Origin: Moniliella sp. 'wahieum'
Lineage: Eukaryota
Direction: 5' to 3'
DNA: 64,000 bases
Assembly (NCBI GenBank): GCA_003971905.1
Contig: RSEE01000091.1
Span: forward strand, 186,001 to 250,000
Below, one piece after another: positions 1 to 14,654 of this stretch; position 1 is the stretch's first letter; every line of letters starts with the position of its first letter. The notes under the pieces are model-generated. The model searched no databases. It worked only from the letters and a program-made list of their open reading frames with translations, and had not been told where the DNA came from. A program made the translations under genes and the position numbers.

Positions 1-428
1 CAGCTCAGAAAACCCACGAGCAGAATCGGTTGGGTCTCGCGCCAGAGCTTCCGCCGCGCGCTTCTCGGCCGGGTGAGGATGCTGGAGGGGGGACCGGCCT
101 GCGACGCGGGGGCACGCGGCGCGTTGTTGCTGGCAAGGGTGGGGGCCGGCACGGGGGCAGGCGCAGTGACAGGCGCAGGGGCCGGTACAGGCGCAGATGC
201 GCGTCCTGCCCGCTGGTTCAGCTCGGAGGAGAAGGCGGAAATGACCTTGTCAAAGCCCTTGCGGCGGAGGTAGGAGATGATGGCGCTGTTCGCCTCGTCT
301 TCGCTCATGTCTGGCCGCGCTTGGTGGGGCTGGGGCTGAGGCTGGGAAGGGGGTTGGGAAGAAGAAGGCGGCTGGGCCTTGGGCAGGTGGGAAGCGGCGG
401 CGGCGGGGACGCCATTGCCTTCGCCCAT
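1..428 (-). CDS. TFIID/SAGA subunit TAF5-like protein, N-terminal part (runs off window start)
   Basis: Manual minus-strand translation gives a LisH-like motif MSEDEANSAIISYLRRKGFDKVISAFSSE, a Pro/Ala linker, then LARDPTDSARGFSEL, resembling the start of the fungal TAF5 NTD2 domain. Frameshifted; ATG at 428. Confidence 0.5.
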   Translation of the reverse strand, partial: MGEGNGVPAAAASHLPKAQPPSSSQPPSQPQPQPHQARPDMSEDEANSAIISYLRRKGFDKVISAFSSELNQRAGRASAPVPAPAPVTAPAPVPAPTLASNNAPRAPASQAGPPSSILTRPRSARRKLWRETQPILLVGFLS

Positions 429-1434
429 CGTGCGCGACACGTCGATGGTGGAGGATGGCCAATGGCGGTTATAGCACCACCAGGCGCGAAGGCGGCCGAC
501 TGCCATCTCAGATCTCACTCTTCAAATTCAACCCGCGACGAAGCGGGGGCACCAATTCCGCATCCATTCCGCCCGCGGGATGGAAACTTGAAAATAAGAG
601 AGACCGGCGCCATCCTTTCAAGCTAACTATAAACCGCTGCGCCGACGCACAGACGGACCAATTAGGAGGTTAGGAAAGATGAGCACGATGTGCGTACGGA
701 TAATTGCGGCGTTTGGGGCCCCTTCCATGTTCGGCTGCAATGGATGACCGTATCTTTGAAAATATCCTTGATTCTCACACTAATATATCGTAGTACACTA
801 TATTACTGGGGATAGAGTTGGCATCTGTGCTTCGATGAGAGGGCTGCGAAATGTAGTGCTTTATATTCGGAAATAACCAGATCGCCGCGTTCACAAAGGG
901 GGCGGAGCGACGGGAGAACCTCGAGCTGTGGCGGTGGTTCCTTCTACCCTCTATTTACAGATTGAAGTGATGAGACCTGTAGAATCCCGATGGCCGTCGA
1001 TGGTGATGCGCAATCGCACTGATGGTGGAGGTGGTTAGATTAAATTTCAAAGGCAACCAGCAACGCCTAGAACATCAAGCAGTGAGTCGCCACCAGGGGC
1101 TAAGCTGCGGAACAAGGAAACCAGAGAGAGAAAACAACGGAACTCCTAGGCCTGAGGAGGAACTGAAGCGACGTTGGCCAAAGCACGAGCCACCTGACGG
1201 CTCAAAATGAGGGACACCTGGCTTCAGTATATATCGCAACAGACGTGCGGACTCTCTTATACAATCCACAACTAAATATGAGTTGAAACCCGCGGGAATG
1301 CATATAGCTGTTGTGTGCGCCACACTCGCGGTATATATATCGGGACGGCCGCAGTGTCCTCGATGCTTTGGAGAATCCCCCCAATCCCTGCAAACACACC
1401 TCCGACCCTCTCGGCTATACCACCATCAACTTCG

Positions 1435-3538
1435 ATGCTCGACCGCTTTCCCTTTGAGATCCTTCTGCAAATCGCCACCAGCGGCCACCTTGCACCTCGT
1501 GAACTCATCCACCTGTCGTGGACTTGCCAAGGTACTCATACCTCCCTCCTGCATGTGCAACCCCAAGCATCGCCCTATGCTAGGAACCGGCGTCTGTAGT
1601 CTCCAACAGGCCTCGATGTTGGATCCGCTAACTCGCTGTGCTCATCCCAGGCCTCCATGCTATTTTGCAAGACGAAACGCTGTGGCACCATGTCGCTTTA
1701 CTTCTTCTCCATCTTCCATCCATGGCCACCCTCTCCCTCAGGCCGCCTATCAGTGGGGCGGTTTGAGGTTGCACCGCGCACGTGGCAGGGACTGCTTGTT
1801 GCTTGTGAGATGCTGGAGGAAGAGTTTGGGTGGACCATGACCGGAACCTCTCTGCTCACCAAGCAGACCATCCCCCTCCCCAGCCGAAGACTAGGGATTC
1901 ATTGTTTTGGCGACGACGCCCTCGGGAAACAAACCCCGATCCTTCTCCACCCCCGCATCTTACTACGGTTCTCCCTCATGCCCAGTGCGATACAATGGTT
2001 GGCCTGTGTGGGTGGGCTAACGGCTTGCCCATCATACCCGCGTTTGCCCCCATTGTGCACGACCAGCGCCGGAACATTAAAGAGTTTGACGATCCCCGAT
2101 TTCATCGAAGGGGGAACATGGTTATCATGACGGAGGATGCGGTTGAGTGCTCACAACCCAGCATCCTCTGGTCTTGCCGGGTTCCGGAAGGAGAAAGCTT
2201 TTACGGAGGGATGGTGCTGGAAGAAGGCTGGCTTTTGCTCCAGTGGATCATCGAAATGCCCACGGCCACGGTCATCGAGCAGCGGTGGGGTCCAGGAACG
2301 TGTGGTAGCGTATCGGGCAAAGGCATGCCCCCCTGGAGAGTTTCGATCCCATGAATGCCACGAATGGGACGAAGCCTATGACGTGCTGTACTTCAGGACA
2401 ATTAATGCAGCTGTCGTCCAATACCCTCATTTGTTACCTGTGCGTGATTAATGATTCCTCATCCTAAAAGAGAATCGTGCGCACAATTTGTACCTGACCA
2501 GTGGGTGATTGGGGTGAATCTCATCAGAAGCTACTCACCGAATGACGACGACCAGCTTGACCTCACAACTTACAATCTCCTTACCCAAGAGAGGAGGGAT
2601 GAAGTGGCACTTCTGAAATGCGCCGATATGTTCTCTCGTTGGGAACTTAATTTTGACACCCACCTTAGGATCGATCGGGATTGGGCCTATGTTTGGACCG
2701 AACATACGTGGATCGTTCTGGAACGTGCGACTGGCACATGCATCTTGAATGTTACCCAGCTTATGTCGGCCCAAGCCGGAGTGAAGGCGTCCCGGTCCTA
2801 TTTTACGCTTCAAGGCCCAGCCACCCCTCAAGGTCACTCGTTCCTGAAAACTGCGCCTACATTTCCAGATTTGGACGTAACACATGAACCTCTGTGGGGG
2901 TTTACTGCCTGGCCCTCATCGGATACCTGGGTCTTTATGTTCCACGAGAGCACGACGGACTTGGTGCGTCTAGTGCTGGTCAAACATTACAGCGCCATAT
3001 TAGCCCCGCACTGCCTGAGCCCTGATCCGTGGATGGTGTTCATTGATATCAGCCCACCACAACCCTCCATCATGCGCCTGACCTATTTGGAACGGTGGAC
3101 CACTATAGGCTCCAAATGCGACCTTGTTATCGACGATGGCCGAGCTCTTTTCCCTGTCTTGGTTCCCAACTGGCACGTGAAAGTGACGCAGACTCAAATC
3201 CCCCGCGGCGTGATTGGCCAGTACAATCGTTCAACAGATGGTCTGCAGCCCAAGCGTTTGTTGGATCGATGCGAATGGTTTTGGTGGATTGGAAGCATGC
3301 GTCACGGCCAGACGAGATTCGCGTGACCGACCTCCCCCTGCCTGCCATAATGGTGGACGCGTCGGAGCCTGAACCAATAGTGTTGGGCACGAACTTTTCC
3401 CTTCCAGGCCCATGTGCGGAGGGGACCCAGTGGTTGAGCACCGTGCACTACAGATCTCAATTTCTGCCGTACTCCAGCCTGCTCACACCGGCCGGTGCCA
3501 GCGTCGCATTCACCGCTTTTAGTGCCTCCTACTATTGA
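1435..3538 (+). CDS. F-box domain protein (frameshifted, probably spliced)
   Basis: N-terminal MLDRFPFEILLQIATSGHLAPRELIHLSWTC fits the F-box L-P-E-I-L-x-x-I...L-S-x-x-C pattern. Chained protein-like + strand ORFs 1657-2130, 1830-2354, 2451-3326 and 3095-3538. Confidence 0.5.
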
Positions 3539-4833
3539 ACGAAAGAAATCATATGTTATCGCAAGTACGTACCTTTCCAATTGACAACGCAAGTGTGATT
3601 AACCCCCGGATTCCTGGTGTGGGATGAAGCCTGAGATGCGGTTGAGGCTGAACACCAGCCTCCGAAAGATCAACCCTCAGGACAGCTACCGACGCGGTGG
3701 ACTGGGCAAGGAAGCCAGCCAGCCTTATGTAGTGCACTGGGACTGGGGCACGCGGGCACGCGAGTGGGTGAGGACCCATTGAGTGTGCTTTTCAGTATTA
3801 TACCGTTGCGGTGGCATATTTCTGCCCTCTGGGCTGGAAAAATTGACTTGAAATATGATGGTGCAGTGAGGCCGTATAGGTATAGTACTAGTAGTATATA
3901 GTGAGGGAGGAGAACCAAGAACGTGAACATCAGTCCGTCTCGTTTGCTCCTTCTGCCTATATACTACTAGTAGAGCTCTCCACCTCAGAACGCCAAAATG
4001 GCATTAAGCCACTGTCACGGAGTAGACTTTTGCGAGAGAGTGCCGCTGCGCAGAAGTGTGCGCAGACGAAGAGTTTCGCCAGCATATAAGTCATCGTGGC
4101 GTTTTGGGGGCTGCAGTGTGTACCCGTACGGTCATTATATTATTGCTAGGGTGCGACTTGGCGACACTCGCGTTCCGATGGATCAGCTGCAAAGCATCCT
4201 TCAGACAAGACGCGAAGGCAACGTGGTGAGCCACAACTCTTCAAGCAATAACGTGTCAATAAGGGAAAGAGACAGGGGAAAGAGAGGGGAGATGGAGCGA
4301 GCAGGGCGTGCGCGGCCTGCGAGCGGAACTCTTACGCCCGGCTAAGCGAGGGTCACCGATCCACCGAAGGCACTAAGAATATCATCCGATAGCACTTCCT
4401 CTTATAGTTATAGTCGATCAGATTGTGGGCGCTTGTGTTGTCACACAATGTCACATGTCACGGGCGAAGAGTGCCGCAGCTTTCGGCCTGATTCCCCCCG
4501 CGATGGAAGTCGCGTTCGAGGTTGAATAAGGTACTTTTGGCGGTAAAACTAACTGTAGTGTAGATCTTACTATTTATATATCATCGCGCTTACTATTACT
4601 TTTACTGACAGGCGTGTTGGCAATTAAAGACCCCTAGTATGCTCGACTGGTTCAGGGGGAGGTCAAAGGTCAAGCGGTCAAGCGAAAAAGGTACGGATGG
4701 AAATAGTTATTGACGTATAAGGCATAGCATTCGTAGAGAACAGGCTTTTGCCGACAAGAAAAAACGGGGGTTTCAGAAGTGATGTAAACATGAAGAAATA
4801 GTAGGGAAAAGGTTCCCGACGTTTACGTGTCTG

Positions 4834-7407
4834 TTAAGCGACGGGGAGAGAAAGACGAATGTCGCGGGAGCTTGCACCAATCAGGAGCTTGGTGGCACCC
4901 TTGGGCACAATCCACTTATGCTGCTCGGCACTCCAGACAGACAGATCGTACGTGTTGAGCGTCCAAGTCACCGTCTTGGTCTCGTTTTTCGCCAGGGCAA
5001 AGCGGTCAAACTTGCGCAACACTTTCGGCGGCTCGCCGCTTTCGGGCGGGAAGGAAAGGTATGCCTGCGGGACCTCAAACCCATCGAGGGTACCATTGTT
5101 GGTAACGTCAAAGCTAAAGGAGAATACGTCGTCAAACAGCTCCGGAGGGTACGTTTGCGAGCACGAGGCGGAATCAAACACTTGCTTGCCGGGGAGAAAG
5201 GCGCCCTTGGGTGCAGCATAGTCAAATGTGGTGTAAGACAGGCCGTGTCCAAAGGGGGTAGCGAGGGGTAGGTGCGCCCTCTGAGTCAAACCAGCGGTAG
5301 TCGACATGCAAGCCCTCCCAGTACCTGATCTTGGTGTGCGTCGCATTCGTCGTGTATACCACATCCGCACTGTAATCTTCGCGTCTCTTTGCAATAGTGA
5401 AAGGCAGACGGCCACTGGGGTTGACCCGGCCATACAGAACATCGGCGATGGCGTTCCCGGCTTCGCTTCCAGGCATGCCCGCCCACACCACGCTGTCACG
5501 TTGGGATGCTCGATCCAATCGTCGACATCCACCTGTGCTCCTGAATGGATAACAACAATCGTATTGTTGTTCACCTGGGCCACATTCCTGACCATCTTGT
5601 TGCCGTCGTTCCAGGCAGTAAGGCTGTTCCGATCGCCCTGGTTTCCATCGACATCAAATGCTTCGCCCGAGTCACTGAAGATAAACACAACCGCAGCCTG
5701 CGCCGGAGCAGCGATAGTTTGAGCCTGCGTGTAGTCGGTGTCATTGAAGGTCCAGGCCAAACCGGTACGGTCTTGGTAAACTTGTCTGTAGGATGCGCAA
5801 GAATAAAATACAGTTAGTGTCTTGGCCCTTCATATACGCAACATGGTAATAAATTAGAAACAAGGAGGTAAGAAACATACTGGGCAATGGCTTCATAAGG
5901 GGACACGAGGTAGGCATACGTTCCCGTGCCGCTCCCCCAACCTGTTGCTACGACTCCGTCGACGCCCGCGTTGACAGGGAAGTAGTTAACACCGTTATGG
6001 GCTGGTGCAGCATCGGATCCAATGATCGCCAACTTCTTGGGCCGCTTGAGAGGGAGTCCACCCTTGTTCTTGAGCAACACCGTGCCTGCCGCAGCGACCT
6101 CTCGGGCTACGTTGGAGTGATTTTGAGACATGGCGTTGACAGCCTGCTGGACCGTCCGCGTTAGCCGGTTCGATGGCTGAGAAGTTGGGAGCGGGGTAAT
6201 CGTCGTCTTGACCGAGCATGTACCAGGCCGACAAAATACGCGATACCATATCATCCACCCGTGCCATGGGCACCGATCCGTTCTTGATTTCAACTAGAAG
6301 ATTCTTGCCCCAATACGAAGTGAGATTCCCATTGGGCCCTGGGACGACAGGAAGCGGATTGAAGTCTCCTGCGGCACTAAAACCGTAGGGGGCCGAGTCG
6401 ATTTCGCCTGGCATGGACATGTCGAGTCCTGCATTAGCCGACTTGGCGCCCGAGTGGTGGGCTCCCCAGTCCGTCATCACATAGCCATTGAATCCCATCT
6501 CGTGCTTGAGAATCGTGTTGAGGGTTTCGTCGTTCTCGCACGCGTATGTACCGTTGACTTGGTTGTAACTGCACATAACCGAGGCCACATCCGCCTGCAC
6601 ACTACGGAGGAAAGGATGGAGGTAGATCTCTCTCAGTGGACGCTCTTCTGCGATCGATCTGCAGCACAAAATATATATAATCAGTAAATGCGGGAGACGC
6701 GAAATAGAGCAGTACAGGCCCTGCAGAACGGTGTATGAGGGAGACATACGAGTAGTTCGTGCGAGCATGTTCTTGATCGTTGAGGATATAGTGCTTAGAG
6801 CAGGACTGCACACCCCGTTGACTGAACACCTTGGATGGTGTGATAGGCAGCCTCACCACAGAGGTAAGCGTCTCCACGCACATTTCCCAGCTTCGTCCAT
6901 CTCTGGGGCACGTAACATGTTCATTCCCGGGCCCAGCTGGACATTGGCCCCTTTGGTACGGAACTCCTCCCCCATACCAACGCCGCGGGCACGGGTGAGA
7001 TTCGAGCTGAAGGTGGCAGCAGTGGTGATGCCCGTGGGCCACACCGTAACCAAGTCGGCTCCACGTACACCCAGGGGTGCGTCTTGTAGACACAAGCCCT
7101 TAAACCCGATCTTTTCAAGAGGCCAAATGTTACCGACGCATTGACCGGCTTGCCACCCAGTGCCTGTCACAAGCCAAACCTTTTCTTCGGGGGTGAGCTT
7201 GGCCACCGCCTGCTTGGCCTCGAGATAGCCTCGATCCAACGCCCTGTGCCATTGGTCTGCGGCACGAGTCTGGGGTTGCTTGCACGAGGTAAATTGTGTG
7301 TTTCGACCCCAGTCCAGCCAAGAACTGGGTCGGGCTCAGGGTGGTGAGGATAGGCTTGTACAAGATGGACGGCTGCAAGAGCCAGTAGTAGAACTTGGGC
7401 GTAGCAT
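4834..7407 (-). CDS. Secreted glycoside hydrolase family 3 beta-glucosidase
   Basis: Motifs LCLQDAPLGVR, SVMCSYNQVNG, GYVMTDWGAHHSG (nucleophile Asp), AGLDMSMPG, TVLLKN, PSGRLPFT, PFGHGLSYTTF, EVPQAYL. Signal-peptide-like VLLLALAAVHLVQA. Introns ~6659-6749 and ~5786-5880; several frameshifts. Confidence 0.93.
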
Positions 7408-8183
7408 CGGCAGGAGCAATTCACGTGCCGAAATCGTGGAGGATGAAAGAATATGACCGAGGCTGATGTAGGATTCAATGATGGGGAGACGAAGACAGGT
7501 TTAATATATATTTGTGCAATCCCATATGGCCCGGTCCAAAGGGAAACAATTGTCACGGTGTGGGGGGATCAGATAGTGTTTACAGCATAACCCCTTGCCG
7601 TTATACAAGAAGATGGGGCTACTGCAAAACCTGACAGCATGGCGGGGCACTCCGTCGAGCCGGGCTGGCGGGGGGGCGGACTGTCGCACACAATGCACCG
7701 GCAGAGACTACTAATTTAATAGCGGTTAGCGGTAAGCGATACTCCCTTCTGGAGTCGGAAGCCGAATAGTTAGGCGAATCCAAAGCTGAGTCTTCCTGGT
7801 TTCCACGCCGCGGAGATGCGTTTAATGGTAAAAGAATGGGGAGATTTTTGAAGCTCGATGGATCCTTGTGAGATGCCTACTATACCAAAGGAGTGTGTCG
7901 ATGTAGCAAATTGGCAACCGGCAGCGTTGTGGTAAGCGGTACCTGTACCCCTAGGGCCTGATCTTTCGAAGTGGTCGCCAGACGAAGCGACGTAAAGCTT
8001 AAAGGGTGGTGTGCATTCCCTCTGAGACAAATGTATAAATGGGGCCCCGCCCGTTGCCCAGCTGACATGTCTCATGTCCATGTTAGTACGGCACAGTCTG
8101 TGTGCCTGTGTGATGGTATAGCTGCTTGTACATCATACATGCATCATGTCCTGATGAGCTGTAGTATATAGTAGGTTATTGTG

Positions 8184-8420
8184 TCAGATCATCGATCATC
8201 GATCACTAGTCACTAGTCACTAGTCACTAACGTCTCATTAGTGCATTAGCTCACAGCGCTCACATGTCACAAGATGCTTAAAGCTTAAAGCTTAGCGCGC
8301 GCTTAGCGCTTAGCCTAAGCACTTAAAGCTTAAAGCTTAACTTAGTACTTTAGCCGTGCCCCGCACGTCACATGCCATCATGCATGTCATCGATCACTGA
8401 TCGCTCTTGTCACCATATGT
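8184..8420. repeat. Cluster of 7-bp-periodic TNA-N4 short repeats
   Basis: TCA at 8189, 8196, 8203, 8210, 8217, 8224 (spacers TCGA, TCGA, CTAG, CTAG, CTAG); TTA-AAGC runs at 8278-8294 and 8323-8339; TCA-CATG-TCA at 8260. Confidence 0.85.
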
Positions 8421-9638
8421 CATGCACTGAGGGTGAGAGCCGGGTGGGGCCCCACACTGTAGAGAGATGGACATATCCAGTGCTGGGGTGGTCGCGAATC
8501 GATAATCGATAACCGTCAACGGCCAGAAGATGACCCAAATCCTGTGCGATGATGGCACTAGGCCGATGCTCTGGTGGCGTGCATCATCCTTCCTTTTCTG
8601 CCCCTGTGTCTTCCCCTCCAGCTTTTGTAGGAATTCTCACCACGACCGACACCGCTTGCACTAGATACTTCCTTCACCTGAAGCCCGAACTTCCATCATG
8701 CTCGTGATCAGCTCCCTATTAGCTCTTTCAGTCACTAGTCAGTCGGGTCATCGAGTCATCTTAATGATTAATGATTGTCGATTGCGGCCAGTTTTTGTCA
8801 CGGCGCAACAGTTCCCCAGGGTATCTCGCGTGATACACGTGATGGGATGGCAGAACGGCAACACGGCAACGCGGCAGGTTATACTAGGAGCGGAGTTCAA
8901 CGTTAAGTGAAGCTTGAAGCGTCCCGTGATGGAAATCCCGTTAACACGCTAGCGACGTTAACGTTCACGCCTAACGGAAAGGATCCGCAACCGCGGATGC
9001 AACAGCCAAAACAGATTCTGTGACATGCATGCGGCATATAAGTGATGCTAGTGATGCAGGTTGGGAATAACCGGTAGCCAGTAACCGGTAACTCTTTTTC
9101 TTTTCTTGGCATCCAATATTCAGGCATCAGATCTCAGATCTCAGAGGATCTCAGGTACAGAGCGGAATGTTCGGCCGCCCAGTTACTCATCGAGCATCGA
9201 CATCCACTGTTCTCGCTTTCCTCTTCTCGCGCTGGATGATCGGTGACCTCAACGGTCTGATTCAGTTTCATCTCTACCCCGCACCCCTTTTCTTTAGTCG
9301 GATCCCCTCGCGGGGAGAGCCTGCTCCAAGTATTGTCGGCGACGAACTATACTTAGGGTACTATGTAGCAATCGTTCGTGGGAAAATAAGAAGCAAAAGG
9401 GCACAGAGGACACAGTGCAGATCGAGCGTAAGAACAGAGAAGGAGGGAGACGCTCTGGACGACGAAATTGGAAATGGGAGCGAGATCAGCAAAACGATTG
9501 ACAGCTGTCTCGTGTTTTGTATCGTTTAAATCATCTCTATATGCATGGATGTGGCCGAGATGCCGGCGCGCAGCAAAGCCACCATATTGCAACTGGTCAA
9601 TATATGATAGGGCGATTTCACATCGCTCCCATGTTGCA

Positions 9639-9748
9639 TGATGCATGACCGGTGACCGGTGACCGGCGTTTGGAAGGCTATACTAGGGGTCCCAGGCAGG
9701 ATCTCAGCGCTGAGCTGAGCCCTCCGTACACTCAGTACTCAGTAGTGA
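9639..9748. repeat. 7-bp-periodic TNA-N4 cluster
   Basis: TGA at 9639, 9646, 9653, 9660 (spacers TGCA, CCGG, CCGG), followed by TCA-GCGC-TGA and TCA-GTAC-TCA-GTAG-TGA. Confidence 0.75.
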
Positions 9749-11052
9749 CACTCCAGGAACCAGAAACTCTCCGAGAGACCTGAGGCATGGCAGACAAAAT
9801 GTGGAAATGGCGTGGTCGATGGAGACCGCATAGTGTTACACATTGTGAAGGGCGGTGGCAAATCTAAGTTATGATCATCATGGATGAGTTACTAGTTAGG
9901 GGCGCCAGTGTGGGGCGCTACGTCCGAAACCTTTTTTACACATGTTAATGATGCTACTTCAGCAGTTCAGTACGTTCAGTCCGGCTCGGAGGCGATGGAC
10001 TTAACCTCAGCCCCATGCATGATTGATGCATAATAGTATGAGAGATCTGAAGTCCTGATATAGAGCTTGAGGGTGAAGCTTTGGCACAACCGGCGGTGGT
10101 GGTGGTCTAATCCGCGGCCAACGACATCTTTATATTAGAGGGCATATTTCAAGCACACAGTTAACACCCGGGGCCTCTGACAGAAGTAGGACTGCGGAAC
10201 AAGGGGCACAAGAGCGACAAAAGCGAGGAGTTCCTATAGGTGCGTGGCGCGTAGGGCGCGTGAGGCCTGATGCTCAGGCCTGAGGAGGGACTGAAGAGTT
10301 TGGTCAAACACGCGTGTGGCCGTGTGGAGAAGAACAGAAAATGTAGAACGCACACAACTGCCGTTACGCGTGAAAGCGCAAAAGAAGGGCGTAGGCGCGA
10401 GGACATATGAGTACTTGAGTACACTCAACTGAGTAGTGACTATAATATAGCGAGGACTAGTGAGTAATGAGTACGAGTGGCCTTATACACCGGCGCAGCA
10501 AAGGGTCTATCTAGAAGAGCTATCATATATCCTCTCGATCAGATCGATCATCGATCATCGCCACGGCACAATAACACCGTATAAATTCCCGGAAACTCCT
10601 AGACCCGTTTTTTTGTGTGGGTAATACTCGGTTAATTTGTTTCTCAACGGCTGTAACGCGTAACGCGTAACACGAGAACTTCTGTCGCCCAGTTTTGATA
10701 GCTCGCGCTCATTCGTATCCACATGCGCTACCTCAGGTTCGGTAACGGATGTAGGTTCCTGATCTGTCGCCGTTCCTTTGGTTTCCTAAAAAAAGGGGTT
10801 GGCGCCACAACAAACAACATGCGCCGGATGAGAGGAGGTCGGTTTAGGCGCAGCAGCGTTTCTTTGTCCCACAGCCTTAGCCTTAAGCTTTTTGTCAAAA
10901 TGATATGGTAAGTAGTCTTTATTAACGCCCAGGAGCAGCTCAAAGAGCAGCAAATGGAAATGGTGTGGTCGATGGAGATCAAATTGCGAAGGCGGTGGCG
11001 AATCCAAGTTATGGAGTCGAGAACGCCACGTCAGAAAATCATCACACACCAA

Positions 11053-11220
11053 TCACATGTCACATGTCACGCATGATGGCATTTCAACGGGTGATGGAAG
11101 TGACCTTTTGGCCACAAATGACCATAGGTCAACGGTCAACGTTCAACGTCAACGTCGTCAACAGTCTTTCGGGCAGTATGCTTTGCATGTGGGAGAAAAG
11201 CGCGCGGAAGTAACTAGTAA
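11053..11220. repeat. 7-bp-periodic TNA-N4 cluster
   Basis: TCA-CATG-TCA-CATG-TCA-CGCA-TGA at 11053-11076; TCA-ACGG-TCA-ACGT-TCA at 11129-11145; TAA-CTAG-TAA at 11211. Confidence 0.75.
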
Positions 11221-12384
11221 CTCAAGAATCTCGGCGAGGCTTTGCCGCAATGTGGTTGAGCACAAATCAATGCGTTCATCTACACCTTGCTGTTGTCACG
11301 GACCTGTAGCTATATCGGTGCTGGTGGTATATAGTAGTATTAGGAAATGAAGATACGATGGTATTGCAGACCTAGATCTATATTATGGGCCACAAGTGAT
11401 GAGTTCCGGACCCTGAAGCTAGTGGAAACCGGTACAAGGTCGGGGACGCACTCTCTCCCGTTGCACTGCGTGCCAGTGTCGGGGGCCACGTGCAGCTTAA
11501 GGCCGTTGGGCTCTGGACCCCACAGTGGTGATCAACAGCTTTCCTGATCCAGGTAGCCAACTGTGCCTTGAAGTCACGCTCTGATGCACTGATGCCCAGC
11601 AGCTAGCTTCAGATTGATATGGTCTCTACTCGAGCTCTGCATCCTTTGTCCTTCTGTTCCTTTTTGGTGCAGCATATTGTGGTTATATCGGGCTGCACTC
11701 GCACTCTTCCACCCACAAAAATGTTTGTTGGCTTTGGCACGGAATCATATGCGGAGCCAAACCTCAAGCTTGTGCGCATCACCGTACCCGAGAAGAATTC
11801 CCCCAGGTATTCTAATGAGTCCGTGAGGAGGAGATAGCGCTGTGGGTAACGGGGCCAGACGACGTACTCGGACTTCCAAGTGATAATACTATAGGTCCAG
11901 TGGACTCAGTGCTCAGTGCATGGTCAGGGGGTATGTGGGTGAATCGGGTACAAATGAAGCCCACAGGAGGGGTGTGTACCGAGAGGTGGAACATGCCGGG
12001 ACGGCATAGGCTGTGGACACCAGGAGAAGCTGCGTGGACTATTGCAAAGGTATGGAATCATCGTAGGCAGCGCAGGGACACCATATAGCATTTGTAACGC
12101 TTGTAATGGAGGGAGAGAAACTCAAAAGCAACAATAACTAAAGTGTCCAAAAAGACCAAAGTGGCAGAGGCATGAAAGAGGGGTGTATAGTGGAACGAAC
12201 GAAAGGTCAGACATCCATGGCGAATGGCGTCCACGATGATAAATGTCGCCCCCATTGTGGGTTCCCGTAACAGGGCGGAGAGAGAGCAGACGTAATTGGC
12301 AGGGATCGTGAAAGCGGTATTTGGGCGTGACTGATAAAAGGCAAAAGTATCATGAGAGCATTGATGTAGGCAAGAGAAATCAGA

Positions 12385-12441
12385 GCAAAGAGATCAGAAC
12401 GCAAAGAGATCAGAACGCAAAGAGATCAGAACGCAAAGAGA

Positions 12442-12448
<7 letters not shown>
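12385..12448. repeat. Perfect tandem repeat, 4 x 16 bp (GCAAAGAGATCAGAAC)
   Basis: Four identical adjacent copies starting at 12385, 12401, 12417, 12433; the last contains the GMC gene stop codon. Confidence 0.95.

Positions 12449-14654
<2,206 letters not shown>

Noticed and set aside
8184..8420. Synthetic polylinker or vector contamination (many 6-bp restriction palindromes)
   Set aside because: The palindromes are almost all of the A-NNNN-T class in 7-bp phase and recur in many intergenic regions across the window, unlike a multiple cloning site; no vector backbone seen.
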